A DNA stretch of 64,000 nucleotides, from NCBI GenBank assembly GCA_963763495.1, contig CAVXOY010000001.1, forward strand, positions 8,424-72,423, in the 5' to 3' direction. The translations under genes were made by a program, and so were the position numbers. The DNA is from an uncultured Chloroflexia bacterium. Its GTDB lineage: Bacteria > Chloroflexota > Dehalococcoidia > DSTF01 > JALHUB01. Positions 29,574 through 41,111 of the stretch are shown here, piece after piece. The notes under the pieces were generated by a model. It ran no database searches. It saw only the letters and a list, made by a program, of their open reading frames with translations, and was not told the DNA's origin. How positions within the stretch are numbered: position 1 is the first letter of the stretch; the number at the start of each line of letters is the position of its first letter.

Positions 29574-30644
29574 ATGCTGGACAGACTGCAATCGCTCGCC
29601 GACCGCTACGAAGAGGTGACAGCCCAGATGGGTCAGCCCGACGTGGCCGCGGACTACGAGCGGCTCCAGGAACTGGCAAAGGAACGCGCCTCGCTGGAGG
29701 ATATCGTCTCCCTCTACCGGCGATTCCGCGAGACGGACGTCGAGATCGAGGACGCGCGCAACCTGCTGGAGGAGGCGAGCGACCCGGAGATGGAGTCGCT
29801 GGCCAAGGACGAGCTGGAGCAGCTAAACGAGAAGAAGGAGCGGCTGACTCAGGATATCAGGCGCGCCCTCCTGCCGCCGGACCCGCGCGACGAGAAGAGC
29901 GTGATCGTCGAGGTACGCGCCGGCACGGGCGGCGACGAGGCAGGGCTGTTCGCCGCCGATCTCTTCCGCATGTACTCGCGCTACGCCGATAACCGCGGCT
30001 GGGGGGTCGAAGTCCTCTCCAGCAGCGAGAGCGGGATCGGCGGCTTCAAGGAGATCATCTTCGAGGTGAAGGGAAAGGGCGCCTATTCGCGGCTGAAGTA
30101 CGAGAGCGGCGTCCACCGCGTGCAACGGGTGCCGGAGACGGAGGCGCAGGGGCGCATCCACACCTCGACGGCGACGGTGGCGGTGCTGCCGGAGGCGGAG
30201 GAGGTCGACGTGAAGATCAGCGAGGATGACCTGCGCGTCGATATCTTCCACAGCAGCGGGCACGGCGGCCAGAACGTCCAGAAGGTCGCCACAGCCGTCC
30301 GGCTCACGCACATCCCCACCGGCATCGTCGTCACCTGCCAGGACGAGCGCTCGCAGTGGAAGAACCGCGTCAAGGCGATGGCGGTGCTGCGGGCCCGCGT
30401 CTTCGACATGGAGCAGAGCAAGCAGGCGCAGGAGATAACGGAGACGCGCCGCTCGCAGGTGGGCACGGGCGAGCGGGCGGAGAAGATACGCACCTACAAC
30501 TTCCCTCAAGACCGCATCACCGATCACCGCATCGGCCTCAACTTCCACAATCTGCCGGGGATACTCGCCGGCGAGATCGACCCCCTTATCGACGCCGTCT
30601 CCACGAGCGAGCAGGCGCGGCTGCTGGAGGAACAGCTCGGGTGA
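29574..30644 (+). CDS. prfA: Peptide chain release factor 1
   Basis: MLDRLQSLADRYEE... starts at ATG 29574 (codon 13 of ORF 29538..30644). GGQ motif SSGHGGQNVQKV and PET tripeptide VPETE are present. Confidence 0.93.
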   Translation: MLDRLQSLADRYEEVTAQMGQPDVAADYERLQELAKERASLEDIVSLYRRFRETDVEIEDARNLLEEASDPEMESLAKDELEQLNEKKERLTQDIRRALLPPDPRDEKSVIVEVRAGTGGDEAGLFAADLFRMYSRYADNRGWGVEVLSSSESGIGGFKEIIFEVKGKGAYSRLKYESGVHRVQRVPETEAQGRIHTSTATVAVLPEAEEVDVKISEDDLRVDIFHSSGHGGQNVQKVATAVRLTHIPTGIVVTCQDERSQWKNRVKAMAVLRARVFDMEQSKQAQEITETRRSQVGTGERAEKIRTYNFPQDRITDHRIGLNFHNLPGILAGEIDPLIDAVSTSEQARLLEEQLG

Positions 30645-31495
30645 AGCCGGCGGAGGCGCTCCACGCCGCCCGACGGAGCCTGACTGAGGCCGGCATCGAA
30701 GAGCCCGGCCTGGAGGCGGAAGTCCTCCTGAGACACGTCCTCCACTGGGAGCGCCACGAGCTTTACGCCCGCCTCCAAGAAGAGATCAGCCCAGCCCAAC
30801 AAGCGGAGTTCCAGGCTCTCATCGAGCGACGCCGGGCCCACGAGCCAACCGCCTACATCGTCGGCCGCAAGGAGTTCTACGGCCTGGAGCTGGAGACGAC
30901 GCCCGCCGCTCTAATCCCCCGCCCGGAGACGGAGCTGCTGGTGGAAGAAGCGCTGCGCAGTAGCGCGAAGCACGGGGACGAGCCCACTCATCATCGCCGA
31001 CGTGGGCTGCGGCTGCGGCGCGATAGCCATCGCGCTGGCGCATCATCTGGCGGACGCCGCCGTCTACGCGCTCGACGCATCGGATGAAGCGCTGGCGCTG
31101 GCTGACGCGCAACGCGGAGAGGCTGGGAGTGAGCGGGCGCATCCGCTTCCTCCAGGGCGACCTGCTCGATCCCCTACCGGAGCCGGTCGACATCATCGCC
31201 GCCAACTTGCCTTATGTAAAGACCGCCGATTGGGAGACACTGCCGCCGGAGATACGGGAGCACGAGCCACGGGCGGCCCTCGACGCGGGGCCCACGGGCA
31301 CGGAGGTCATCGAGAGGCTGCTGCGACAGCAGCTGCCGCCGCTACCTGCGGCCTCGCGGCGCGCTGCTGGCGGAGATCGGCTGGGACGAGGGGGAACGCG
31401 TGCGGGAGATAGCGCGGGAGTGCTTCCCGGGAGCACGCATCGACGTCAAGAAGGACCTAGCAGGGCTGGACCGGCTGCTGGTGGTGGAGTCGTAG
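30641..31495 (+). CDS. prmC: Release-factor glutamine N5-methyltransferase PrmC, three apparent +1 frameshifts
   Basis: GTG 30641 overlaps the prfA TGA. Pieces lie in ORFs 30356..31087, 31002..31412 and 31084..31515, plus a frame-2 tail ending at TAG 31493-31495. SAM motif [10 protein letters not shown] and NPPY-type motif IAANLPYV are present. Shift sites are 30974-30977, ~31100-31105 and ~31335-31340. Confidence 0.85.
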
Positions 31496-31506
31496 ACGAG
31501 GCCCGA

Positions 31507-32721
31507 TCAGGATGAGGCGAAGGAGCGGCCCTCGGTCTTGATCGCGGGGGCGATCATCAACTGCACCTGCTGGAACTCGCGGATGTTGCCGGCGCCGCAG
31601 ACGCCCAGAGCAGTGCGGAGAACGGTGGCCAAGTTCTCGGTGCCGTCGCTGCGCGAGGTCGGGCCGTGGAGTATCTTCTTGAGGGTGCTGCGCCTGCCCA
31701 CTTTGACCCGGGTGCCGCGGGGCAACTCGGGATGGAACGAGGACATCCCCCAGTGATAGCCACGGCCGGGCGCCTCCTCGGCGGAAGCGAGGAGCGTCCC
31801 CAGCATGACCGCGTCGGCCCCGGCGGCGAACGCCTTGCAGAGGTCGCCACCGGCATGGATTCCACCGTCGGTGATTATGGGCACGTAACGCCCCTTCTCG
31901 CGGAAGTACTGGTCGCGGGCGGCGGCGCAATCGATGGTGGCGGTGACCTGGGGCACGCCGACACCCAACACCTCGCGCGTGGTGCAGATGCAGCTCGGGC
32001 CGACGCCGACGAGGATGCCGGACACCCCAGCCTCCATCAGTTCCTTGCAGGGGTTGTAGGTGACGGTGTTGCCGACGATGACGGGCACGGGCAACTGCTG
32101 GCAAAGCTTCTCGAATCGCAGACCCTCAAGGCTGCGGGAGATGTGGCGGGCGGTGGTAACGGTGGACTGGACAACGAAGACATCGACACCGGCCTCGACG
32201 GCCAGAGGAGCGAACTTCTTGGCATTGGTGGGGGTGCAGGAGACGGCGCAGAGGGCGCCCTGTCGCTTGATCTCGCTGACCCTCTCGCCGACGAGCTCGG
32301 CGCGGATGGGCTGAGAGTATACTTTCTGGAGGACAGTGCCGACCTTGTCCATGTCGACGGTCGTGATCTCCTCCAGAACGCTGTCGGGGTTGTCGTAGCG
32401 CGCCTGTATCCCTTCCAGGTTCAGGACAGCCAGGCCACCGAGCTCGCTGAAGACGGCCGCCGACCGGGTATCGACGATGGCATCCATTGAGGCGGCGATG
32501 AAGGGCAAAGACAGCTTGACGTTGCCGACGGTGAAGGAGATGTCGGTCAGTTCGGGGTTCATGGTGACGTCGCCGGGGACGATGGCGACTTCGTCGAAGC
32601 CGTAGGCGCGGCGCATCTGCTTGGCTCCAGCAGGCGCCAGAGTATCCTCTTCTCGGACAATAGCCGATGCCAGCGAAGCGGGGACCCGCGCGGGACCGTC
32701 GTGCCAACCAGCGTCCCTCAT
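31507..32721 (-). CDS. GuaB3-type IMP dehydrogenase-related protein (no CBS insert)
   Basis: TIM-barrel IMPDH/GMPR family ([26 protein letters not shown]). The start may be M36 (32616), [15 protein letters not shown]. Confidence 0.75.
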   Translation of the reverse strand: MRDAGWHDGPARVPASLASAIVREEDTLAPAGAKQMRRAYGFDEVAIVPGDVTMNPELTDISFTVGNVKLSLPFIAASMDAIVDTRSAAVFSELGGLAVLNLEGIQARYDNPDSVLEEITTVDMDKVGTVLQKVYSQPIRAELVGERVSEIKRQGALCAVSCTPTNAKKFAPLAVEAGVDVFVVQSTVTTARHISRSLEGLRFEKLCQQLPVPVIVGNTVTYNPCKELMEAGVSGILVGVGPSCICTTREVLGVGVPQVTATIDCAAARDQYFREKGRYVPIITDGGIHAGGDLCKAFAAGADAVMLGTLLASAEEAPGRGYHWGMSSFHPELPRGTRVKVGRRSTLKKILHGPTSRSDGTENLATVLRTALGVCGAGNIREFQQVQLMIAPAIKTEGRSFASS

Positions 32722-33914
32722 TGGTGCTTCCTCCCTTCCCGCGCAGGATATAGTAGTCCGTGTCGATAGGTGGTAAGTGGGGGATACTTTTTGTTAGTTT
32801 AGCAAAGATCGAGGGGGCTGGTCAACGGTAAACAGGCTTCATGCGCTATACTTCTAGAACGTGACTACACAAATAAGCGGCGCTTCGGGACAGGTATCTC
32901 CTGCCCCTTCGGGGTTTTCTGTTTGGGCTGATCTTCGTTGTCGCTCATGATGTGAAGTATACACTCATGCACGACTCGATGGCCCATCTTCTGCAGGTCG
33001 GACGACCAACGAGCTCGGAGGACATGCTCCCCGATACTGGGCAGCCGAAGTCTTCTCGCAGAGCTAAACCGCCGCCATCTAGTCCAGACAAGAGTTGTGA
33101 GGCGAACGACGCTGCGGGCAAGGCACCTGCTGCCGACGTATGGACTCAAGCAGTCGCCTGATGTCAGCGAAGGGCGCTACCTCGGAGAATTGCGCTACGA
33201 ACCTCCGCGTCGGCAAACATCGACTGCAACTCGGCGGCTGGATGTGCTGGCAGTCGAGAATGCAGGACAAAGCACCAGATTGCTGCGATGATTCAAGAGT
33301 CAGACCCGAGTCATGCTTCGATGCAGCGAAGGCCAAGGATGATAGCGTGACGTTGGCTGGCGCCTGAAGCAGCCATCAAGTCGTTCCAGCCATATCAGCG
33401 CCGAGCAGGCCAGATGACACCCCCTGATGGACTTGCATGACCTCGACAACACCGACAAGCAGCGGCACCGTCAGAGGTTGGCAAATGTACGGATGGGCCA
33501 GCTATCGACGGAGGCCGACATGAAGTTCGGTGGCGACCACTCCCGTTGGACACTCACCGATCGATCATTGGACTACTACCCTTCGCGCTTGAAGCGACCG
33601 GCGTTCTTGTTACCGCTCAATTGGGCCATTTCGTCGGGCAAGTCTTGGGGATCAGAGCAGAAACGTGGGCTACGCCACGTTCGGCGGTTCATCCAAATCT
33701 GGCCCCAGCGATCGCTTCGGCAAGTAGTGCAAGCCGTGACGAATATCGCAGCGGTATCGTGGCCGCCCGACAGATTGGCTTGACGACTCGGATTTGACAG
33801 AAGTTTCGCGTCGTGATCCGGCTGAGCCTAAGACGTGAATCTATCGGCGTTCGTATCGCGTCTCACTCTAGTCATGAGACGCCTCTACAGTAAAGGGATA
33901 GGTACCCTACCTAA
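32722..33914. other. 1.19-kb gene-poor spacer with lower G+C and only short overlapping ORFs
   Basis: No ORF exceeds 118 aa. ORFs fall in five frames and overlap one another, with no recognisable domains. Hand G+C counts per 60 nt are ~45-62%. Confidence 0.6.
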
Positions 33915-34742
33915 ATGCCTACGCTTTACCTAGTGGCAACCCCCATCGGCAATTTGGAGGATATCACCCTCCGCGCCCTGCGCATCCTGCGAGAGGTCAC
34001 CCTGATCGCGGCCGAGGACACGCGCACGACGCGCAAGCTGCTGTCGCACTATGACATCCACACTCCCCTGACCAGCTACAATGACCGGAACAAGCGGACC
34101 AAGACGTCCCATATCGTCGAGCAACTGGAGCGCGGCGACGTGGCGCTGGTATCGGAGGCAGGGACTCCCGCGATCAGCGACCCGGGGCAGGACTTGGTGA
34201 CCGCCGCCTACGCGATGGGGGCGCAGGTTGTGCCCGTGCCGGGGCCATCGGTGGTGACGGCGGCGCTGGCAGCATCGGGGCTGCCGACGCGCAGCTTCAC
34301 CTATCTGGGGTTCCTGCCACGTCAGCCGGGGGCACGGCGGCGGCTCCTGCGGTCAGTGGCCACGCGGCCGGATACTCTGGTCGCGTTCGAGGCGCCGCAT
34401 CGAATTCGTGACTCTCTCGTCGACATGCAGCAGGAACTGGGCGAGCGCTTTGTCGCCGTCTGCCGCGAACTGACGAAGCTGCACGAGGAGATCTTCCGGG
34501 GCTCTATCACGGAGGCGCTGGCGTATTTCTCGGAGCCACGGGGAGAGTTTACGCTGGTCATTGCCGGGGCCGAGCCGTCGAAGCGAACCAACAGCGACAC
34601 CGATGTCGAAGCGAGCGTGCGGGAGGAGATGCGCCGTTTGAAAAAGCGGGGCGCCGGCGCTCAGGAAGCCATCAGCAGTCTGTCCCGCCAATACGGCCTC
34701 TCACGGCGGCGTCTTTATCAGCTTTGGCTAAGCTTGGAGTAA
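33915..34742 (+). CDS. rsmI: 16S rRNA (cytidine1402-2'-O)-methyltransferase RsmI
   Basis: N-terminus LYLVATPIGNLEDITLRALRILREV..IAAEDTR is typical of RsmI (tetrapyrrole-methylase fold). Confidence 0.9.
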   Translation: MPTLYLVATPIGNLEDITLRALRILREVTLIAAEDTRTTRKLLSHYDIHTPLTSYNDRNKRTKTSHIVEQLERGDVALVSEAGTPAISDPGQDLVTAAYAMGAQVVPVPGPSVVTAALAASGLPTRSFTYLGFLPRQPGARRRLLRSVATRPDTLVAFEAPHRIRDSLVDMQQELGERFVAVCRELTKLHEEIFRGSITEALAYFSEPRGEFTLVIAGAEPSKRTNSDTDVEASVREEMRRLKKRGAGAQEAISSLSRQYGLSRRRLYQLWLSLE

Positions 34743-34791
34743 CGCCCCAGGCGGAACAAGGACTCCAGCCGAACCGCTTTAGGGAATCCGT

Positions 34792-35575
34792 GTGCAAGAC
34801 CTAATCGTCACTCTCATCCTGGGGCTGATCGTCGGCCTTCTCTCCGGCGTCTTCGGCGTCGGCGGAAGCAGCATCACCACGCCGCTGTTGCGCATCTTCC
34901 TCGGCACGTCCCCTTTGATCGCCCTTGCTTCACCGCTTCCCGTGGCAATTCCCGTGGCGCTCTCGGGAACGCTAGTCTACCGACAGCACGGGCTCATCAA
35001 CCTACGGGTAGTCGCCTGGACTCTGATCGGTGGCTTCCCGACGATGATTTTGGGCTCCGTTCTGACCAGATGGGTACCGGGGCACTGGCTCATGTTGCTG
35101 GTGGCTGTCTCTATGTTGGTGGCGGGCTGGCGGCTGATCCGTTCCTCTTCTCCGACCGACAGATGGAACGCACCTGCGAGGCAACAACGCCACCTGGCAA
35201 CACCCACCGGTCGCCGCCCTCCTCTCTGTGGCCGCTATCGTCGGCCTGCTATCGGGGTTGCTGGCCAGCGGGGGTGGCCTGTTTCTCATCCCAGTCTACG
35301 TCCTCTTCTTCGGCGCCAGGCTGCGAGAGGCGGCGGCCACCTCGCTGCTCTGCGTGGCTTTCCTCGCCATCCCAGGAACGGTGACTCACGCGCTTCTCGG
35401 TCACATCGACTGGTGGCTCGCCCTGCAACTGGGCATCACCGTGGTCCCCGCGACTTACCTGGGTGCACGCTTATCGGTAAGTCTCGCCCACATACGCTTG
35501 CGCCGGCCGTTCGGCGTTTTCCTCTCGGTCTTTGCCGTGTACTTCTTCATACGCGAGCTGCTGAAGGCGCTGTGA
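34792..35575 (+). CDS. TauE/SafE (DUF81) anion exporter family membrane protein, apparent +1 frameshift
   Basis: ORF 34792..35610 is credible only to ~35150. ORF 35228..35575, which is open upstream to ~35160, carries the second half ([22 protein letters not shown]). The join lies in the central loop at 35150-35200. Confidence 0.75.
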
Positions 35576-35654
35576 TGAGCAGTCATTGCTCCCATGTCTC
35601 CCACATCTGACGTGTGGTAGAATCAGGTCGCAGTCTATCCTTTGGAGATACTCG

Positions 35655-37317
35655 ATGTCTGAGAAGATATTCATCGGTGTGGCCTGGCCGTATGCCAACG
35701 GCTCCCTGCATTTGGGACAGATCGCCGGCGCCTACCTACCACCGGACATCTTCGCCCGCTACCACCGTCTCAAGGGGAACACCGTGCTCATGGTCTCGGG
35801 CAGCGACCAGCACGGCACGCCGATTACCGTCCGCGCGGCCGATGAGGGAGTCACACCGGCGGAGATAGCCTTCCGCTTTCATCAGGAGTTCCTCGATTCC
35901 TGGGAACGTCTGGGCATCGGCTTCGATCTTTACACGACGACGGGCACGGAGAACCATGCGAGCGTTGTGCAGGATATCTTCCTCCGCCTCCACGAGAAGG
36001 GTGACATCTATAAGGACTCAATGAAGCTCCCCTATTGCACCGTCGAGCAGCGCTTCCTGCCTGACCGCTACGTGGAGGGCATCTGCCCGCTGTGCGGCGC
36101 CGAGGGAGCGCGCGGCGACCAGTGCGACAACTGCGGTAAGCCCCTCGACGCCACGGAGCTGCTATCGCCCCGCTGCAAGATCTGCGGCTCGGAGCCGGAG
36201 GTGCGGGAGTCGGAGCACTTCTTCCTCAAGCTAAGCGCCTTCAACGAGCCGCTCAAGGAGTGGCTCTCCCAGGGCAAAGAGCACTGGCGCAAGAACGTCC
36301 TCAACTTCACGCTGGGCCTGCTCAACGAAGGGCTGCGCGACCGGGCGATCACCCGCGACATCGATTGGGGGATAGCGGTCCCTCTGCCCGGCTTCGAGGG
36401 CAAACGCATCTACGTCTGGTTCGAGGCAGTCATCGGCTACCTTTCGGCGGCCAAGGAATGGGCGCAGCGCCACGGCCAACCGGATGCTTGGCGCGACTTC
36501 TGGCAGGATCCGGAGTGCAAGAGCTACTACTTCATCGGCAAGGACAACTTACCGTTCCACACCATCATTTGGCCGGCCATGCTGATGGGCTACGGCGATC
36601 TCAATCTCCCCTACGACGTGCCCGCCAACCAGTACGTGAACTTCGGCGGCGCCAAGGCTTCGACGAGCCGCGGTACGGCCCCCTTCCTCCCCGCCTATCT
36701 GGAGAAATACGATCCCGATGCTCTCCGTTACCATCTCGCCGCCATCATGCCGGAGAGCGCCGACTCCGAGTTCAGCGAGGCCGACCTCATCCGGCGCAAC
36801 AATGACGAGCTCGTGGCCACGTGGGGGAATCTCGCTCACCGCGTCCTGACCTTCACCTACCGTCGCTTTGAGGGACGAATCCCCCAGCCGGGGGAGCTCG
36901 ACGAGCAAAGCCGGGAATTGCTGGCTCATGCGGAAGTGGCCCTGGAGGAGACAGGCAATCAGATCGCTTCCTGTCACTTCCGAGCCGGGCTGGCAGCGGC
37001 GATGGGCCTAGCTCAGGAGGTAAACCGCTATCTCGACGACAAGGCGCCCTGGAAGACGTTCAGCGAGGATCGCGAGGCGGCAGCGACGGCGCTGCACACG
37101 GCTCTGAGCGTCATCAACACCCTGAAGGTCGCCCTGTACCCATACCTGCCCTTCACATGCCAGCGGCTGCACGGCTATCTGGGGTACGATGGCGAGATCA
37201 CTGATGGAGGCTGGCGAGGGGAACACCTGCCCGCCGGACAGGCCCTGTCGGGAGCCGTCGGCGCTGTTCAAGAAGCTGGAACCCTTAGCGCTGGATGAGG
37301 AGACGCAGCCGGCCTGA
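35655..37317 (+). CDS. metG: Methionine--tRNA ligase, apparent +1 frameshift near the 3' end
   Basis: ATG 35655 with GGAGA upstream. HIGH-type motif (ANGSLHLGQ), a zinc knuckle (CPLCG...CDNCG) and a KMSKS-type motif (KASTSRG). The tail is restored as QALS|[21 protein letters not shown] by dropping a G at 37260-37262. TGA 37315-37317 overlaps the tatD ATG. Confidence 0.9.
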
Positions 37318-38148
37318 TGGAGGCGCTGTTCGATTCTCACACTCATCTCCAGTTGCCTGCTTTCGCCAAAGACAGAGCCGCAGTGCTCGGCAGGGCAAGA
37401 GCAGCAGGAGTGACGGACATGGTCGTGGTGGGCATGGACAGCGCAGACGACCAGGAGGCTCTCATTCTGGCTGCCCAACGCGAGGAGATTCACGCTGCAA
37501 TCGGTTTTCATCCCCACGAAGCCAAGCATCTCAACGGAGAAGCGTTGCGCATGCTCCGGGAGCTCGCGGCGTCGCCGGAGGTGGTCGCCGTGGGAGAGAT
37601 CGGCCTCGATTTCTACCGCAACCTCTCACCGAGGGCGGACCAGGTGCGGGCTTTCCGCGAGCAACTGGAACTGGCGGCAGAGCTGAAGCTGCCGGTGATC
37701 ATCCATTCACGGGAGGCTCAGGCAGAGACTTACGCCATCCTGCGGGACTGGACAGAAAGCGCCGGCAGGAATACATTGCCTAGACCCCGTGGGAGTCATG
37801 CACTGCTTCAGCGGCGACCTCGAATTGGCGCAGCGGTATGTTGAGATGGGGTTCTTGATCTCGGTCGCCGGCAATGTGACCTATCCCAATGCTATGCGAC
37901 TGCAATCGGTCGCGTCGGCGCTGCCGTTGGAGTATCTTCTCGTAGAGACGGACTGTCCGTTCTTGCCACCGCAGAGCCACCGCGGCGCCCGCTGCGAGCC
38001 GTCATATCTGAGCGAGACGGTAGACCAGATAGCAGCGCTGCGAAACGTCAGCCGGCAAGCCGTCGCCGCCGCAACGACGGAGAACGCCCGCCGTCTCTAC
38101 CGTCTCGACCGGGAGGGTCAAGCAAACACCGTAGGGGATCGAGAATGA
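37317..38148 (+). CDS. tatD: TatD-family metal-dependent hydrolase, apparent +1 frameshift
   Basis: ORFs 37317..37844 (FDSHTHL) and 37789..38148 (GVMHCFSGDLE...VETDCPFL). An extra C lies in the cccc run at 37785-37788. Confidence 0.88.
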
Positions 38149-39113
38149 CGAGGATCGCCACCATCTACGAGCCCATCCGCGAAGACCTGGCAGCCGTTGA
38201 GGAGACGCTGGGATCGGTGGCAAGGGCAGATGCACCCTGGCTCACCGAGATGCTGGCCACCGTTCTTTTCGCCGGCGGGAAGCGGATGCGACCGGCCATC
38301 GCTCTGCTGGCAGGCAAGTTCGGGGATTATCAAAGGGAGAGGTCGGTGCCGCTCGCCACTTCGCTCGAGCTTCTGCACACGGCAAGCCTGGTGCACGACG
38401 ACATCATCGACAGCGCCGGTACGCGGCGGGGCCGGCCCACGGCGAGCAGTCTCTTCGACAATCATGCGGCTGTGGTCCTCGGTGACTACATCTTCGCCCA
38501 GGCGGCGGTGCTCGTGGCGCAAACCGGCAACACGGAGGTGACCCGTCTCTTCGCTGAGACGATGATAGTCATGGCAGAAGCGGAACTGGCGGAGGATAGG
38601 ACGGCCTTCGACTATCATCAGAGCATCGACAACTATCTTCGGAGAATCAAAGGGAAGACAGCTTCTCTCTTTGCCACAGCGGCTCAAGGCGGGGCGCTCG
38701 TAGCGAACGCCTCCCGCGACCAGGCGGATGCCCTGCAAAGCTACGGCGAGAATCTGGGGATGGCCTTCCAGATCGTGGACGACATCCTTGACTTCAGCGG
38801 CGACGAGCAGGAGATGGGGAAGCCGGTAGGGAGTGACTTGATGCAAGGAACCCTGACGTTGCCCTCTCTGCTGCTGCTGGAGAGCCGTCCCAACGATAAC
38901 CCTGTCGAGGCGCTGTTCCGGGAGCGAAACAGCCCCGACCTCCTCGCGCAGGCCATCACGATGGTTCGGGAGTCGGACATACTGGAGAGGTCATACCAGA
39001 GAGCGCGTGATTTCGGCGACAGGGCTTGCGCCGCCCTCTCGATACTACCGGCAACAGCGGCGCGAACGTCCCTGGAAGAGATCACGGATTACGTCTTGGA
39101 GCGACGGACCTAA
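38145..39113 (+). CDS. Long-chain polyprenyl diphosphate synthase (IspB/HepT-like)
   Basis: FARM motif LVHDDIIDS and SARM motif FQIVDDILDF. 322 aa. Confidence 0.85.
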   Translation: MTRIATIYEPIREDLAAVEETLGSVARADAPWLTEMLATVLFAGGKRMRPAIALLAGKFGDYQRERSVPLATSLELLHTASLVHDDIIDSAGTRRGRPTASSLFDNHAAVVLGDYIFAQAAVLVAQTGNTEVTRLFAETMIVMAEAELAEDRTAFDYHQSIDNYLRRIKGKTASLFATAAQGGALVANASRDQADALQSYGENLGMAFQIVDDILDFSGDEQEMGKPVGSDLMQGTLTLPSLLLLESRPNDNPVEALFRERNSPDLLAQAITMVRESDILERSYQRARDFGDRACAALSILPATAARTSLEEITDYVLERRT

Positions 39114-39158
39114 GAAACCGTAGAGATAACACGCAGGGCCGCGGGACCAGCGCGACGA

Positions 39159-39545
39159 TCAATGCAGGCTGGGGTTTACGCCAGAGTCGCGCATCTTCTT
39201 CACTTCCTTCTGACGTAGGCGTGCCTTGTCCCTCTCCACCTCGATTTCGCCCTTGCTCGGACGCCGCGGCGGCACCCGCTTGTTGATCTCCGGATGCTCG
39301 CCGGGGCGGACGGGACCGGTAATGGGACGCTTGACCTCCTTGCCCAGGTGCCAGTAGGTACCCTTGTCCGGTATGCGGCGGGGATAGCCGTCGCGGAAGG
39401 TGAAAGCGTTGAAGGACGTGGGCATGATCCGCCGCCCGTCGCGGTCGCAGACGGGGCAGGGGACGGGATCGGACGCCTCACGTATGGGTCGCAGGGCTTC
39501 GAAGATGCCATCGCAGGTCTCGCAATAGTACTCGTACAGGGGCAC
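39159..39545 (-). CDS. FmdB-family zinc-ribbon protein
   Basis: VPLYEYYCETCDGIFE...CPVCD, with a GTG start at 39545 preceded by GGGAGG. The rest of ORF 39159..39782 is upstream read-through. Confidence 0.75.
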   Translation of the reverse strand: MPLYEYYCETCDGIFEALRPIREASDPVPCPVCDRDGRRIMPTSFNAFTFRDGYPRRIPDKGTYWHLGKEVKRPITGPVRPGEHPEINKRVPPRRPSKGEIEVERDKARLRQKEVKKMRDSGVNPSLH

Positions 39546-39619
39546 GCAAAACACCTCCCAGAGTCTGACGGAAGGCCAACGGCCTTTCACTCCCATTATA
39601 TGGCGTCTTCGCCTACGGT

Positions 39620-40411
39620 CTAACCCTGACCGTTTGCGGATTTGAGAGCCGCTCCGCTGCGGCGCAGGGTATCGAGAAAACGAGTGGAGCGAACGTCCCT
39701 CTCCAGGGTATAGAACAGGTACTGCCGGAGGTGGCGTTCCAGCTCCGTTTCTAGGGCCGGCACCGTCCTGACGCGAGCACAATCGGCGTAGCTGCCTTTC
39801 TGAAGCAACCGCATCATCTTGAGCGCATTCAGGGAGATGGTTTGGGACATCGGTAGGTTGCGGGCGCAGGCAGGACAGACGACACCGCCGCTCTCGGCGC
39901 TCCAGTTGTTGGCGACCGCCTCCAGTGGCTTCCTACAGGCCACGCATTCCTCCAACTGAGGCCGGTAGCCTAGGGTTTCGAGAAGGCGCATCTCGAAGAA
40001 ACGGAGGGCGATATCGAGCCGGCTGCCCGTCGCCAGCCGTTGCAGCGTCTCCAGCAACAAACGAAAGACCGGGAAGCTCTCCTGCCGCTCCGGTGTCAGC
40101 CGGTCGACAAGCTCTGCCACGTAGAAAGCGCGGCTGGTGCGCTCCAGTTCCTCCCTCAAGGGCAGGAAGGCTTCCAGGGCCTGGGCCTGGGTAACAACGT
40201 CAAGTTCGCGGCCCTTGGCGATGAGGAAGGTCGTGTAGGTCAGCGGCTCGACATGGCCGGCGAGCTTGCTTTTGGGACGGCGCACTCCCTTGGCAACAGC
40301 GTCCAGCTTGCCGAGATTGGGCGTGAAGAGGGTAAGGATCTTGTCGGCCTCACCGAGCTTGCGCTGGCGCAAAACGACGGCGGTGGTCTTGTAGAGCTTG
40401 GGAGCGGTCAT
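39620..40411 (-). CDS. recO: DNA repair protein RecO
   Basis: N-terminal OB fold (TTAVVLRQRKLGEADKILTLFT) and a C-terminal zinc motif CVACR...CPACA. Confidence 0.88.
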   Translation of the reverse strand: MTAPKLYKTTAVVLRQRKLGEADKILTLFTPNLGKLDAVAKGVRRPKSKLAGHVEPLTYTTFLIAKGRELDVVTQAQALEAFLPLREELERTSRAFYVAELVDRLTPERQESFPVFRLLLETLQRLATGSRLDIALRFFEMRLLETLGYRPQLEECVACRKPLEAVANNWSAESGGVVCPACARNLPMSQTISLNALKMMRLLQKGSYADCARVRTVPALETELERHLRQYLFYTLERDVRSTRFLDTLRRSGAALKSANGQG

Positions 40412-40458
40412 CGTCGGGCAGACTTGTCGTAGCCGCAGGGCAGGAGACCGGCGTGCAC

Positions 40459-41070
40459 CTAGACCTCCTGTCGGCCCTCCAGGGCGCGGGCGAGGGTGAC
40501 GTTGTCGGCATACTCCAGGTCGGCGCCCATGGGCAGGCCGCGGGCGAGGCGCGTCACCTTCAAGCCCAGCGGCGAGATCAAACGGGTAAGGTACATCGAG
40601 GTCGCTTCGCCCTCCAGGTTGGGGTTGGTGGCCATTATGACCTCTCGGACTTCGTCGGACTTGAGGCGGGCGAGCAGCTCGCGGACTTTGAGATCGTCGG
40701 GGCCGATGCCGTCCATAGGCGAGATGACGCCGTGGAGCACGTGGTACATCCCTCTGTAGCTGCCCGTCCGCTCCAGGGCGAGTATGTCCAGGGGCTCTTC
40801 CACCACGCAGATGATCCCCCGGTCGCGCTGGTCATTGTTGCAGATGGCGCAAGGGTCGGAGTCGGTGATGTTCTGGCAGACAGAGCAGAGGATGATCTTC
40901 TCTTTGACCTCGAGGATCGCCTGGGCCAGGGCCTGGGCATCTTCCTGAGAGGCGCGGAGGAGGTAGTAGGTGAGCCGCTGGGCGCTCTTGGGGCCGACGC
41001 CGGGCAGCTTGCTGAACTCTTCGATTAGACGGCTCACCGGCATTGCCGTCGAGGGAAGGGACTCGGACAT
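40459..41070 (-). CDS. recR: Recombination protein RecR
   Basis: HhH motif ([12 protein letters not shown]), a C4 zinc finger (CSVCQN..CAIC) and a Toprim domain. The start may be M10 (41043). Confidence 0.92.
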   Translation of the reverse strand: MSESLPSTAMPVSRLIEEFSKLPGVGPKSAQRLTYYLLRASQEDAQALAQAILEVKEKIILCSVCQNITDSDPCAICNNDQRDRGIICVVEEPLDILALERTGSYRGMYHVLHGVISPMDGIGPDDLKVRELLARLKSDEVREVIMATNPNLEGEATSMYLTRLISPLGLKVTRLARGLPMGADLEYADNVTLARALEGRQEV

Positions 41071-41111
41071 CGCTACCTCGTCATCTTGCTGTCGGAAGGA
41101 AAGAACGGCGC

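Noticed and set aside
32904-32920. A C(UUCG)G-type hairpin ccccttcgggg followed by TTTTCTGTTT, resembling an intrinsic terminator on the plus strand.
   Set aside because: The stem is only 3-4 bp and no plus-strand gene lies upstream. The sequence also falls within the 27-codon minus-strand ORF. It is probably fortuitous.
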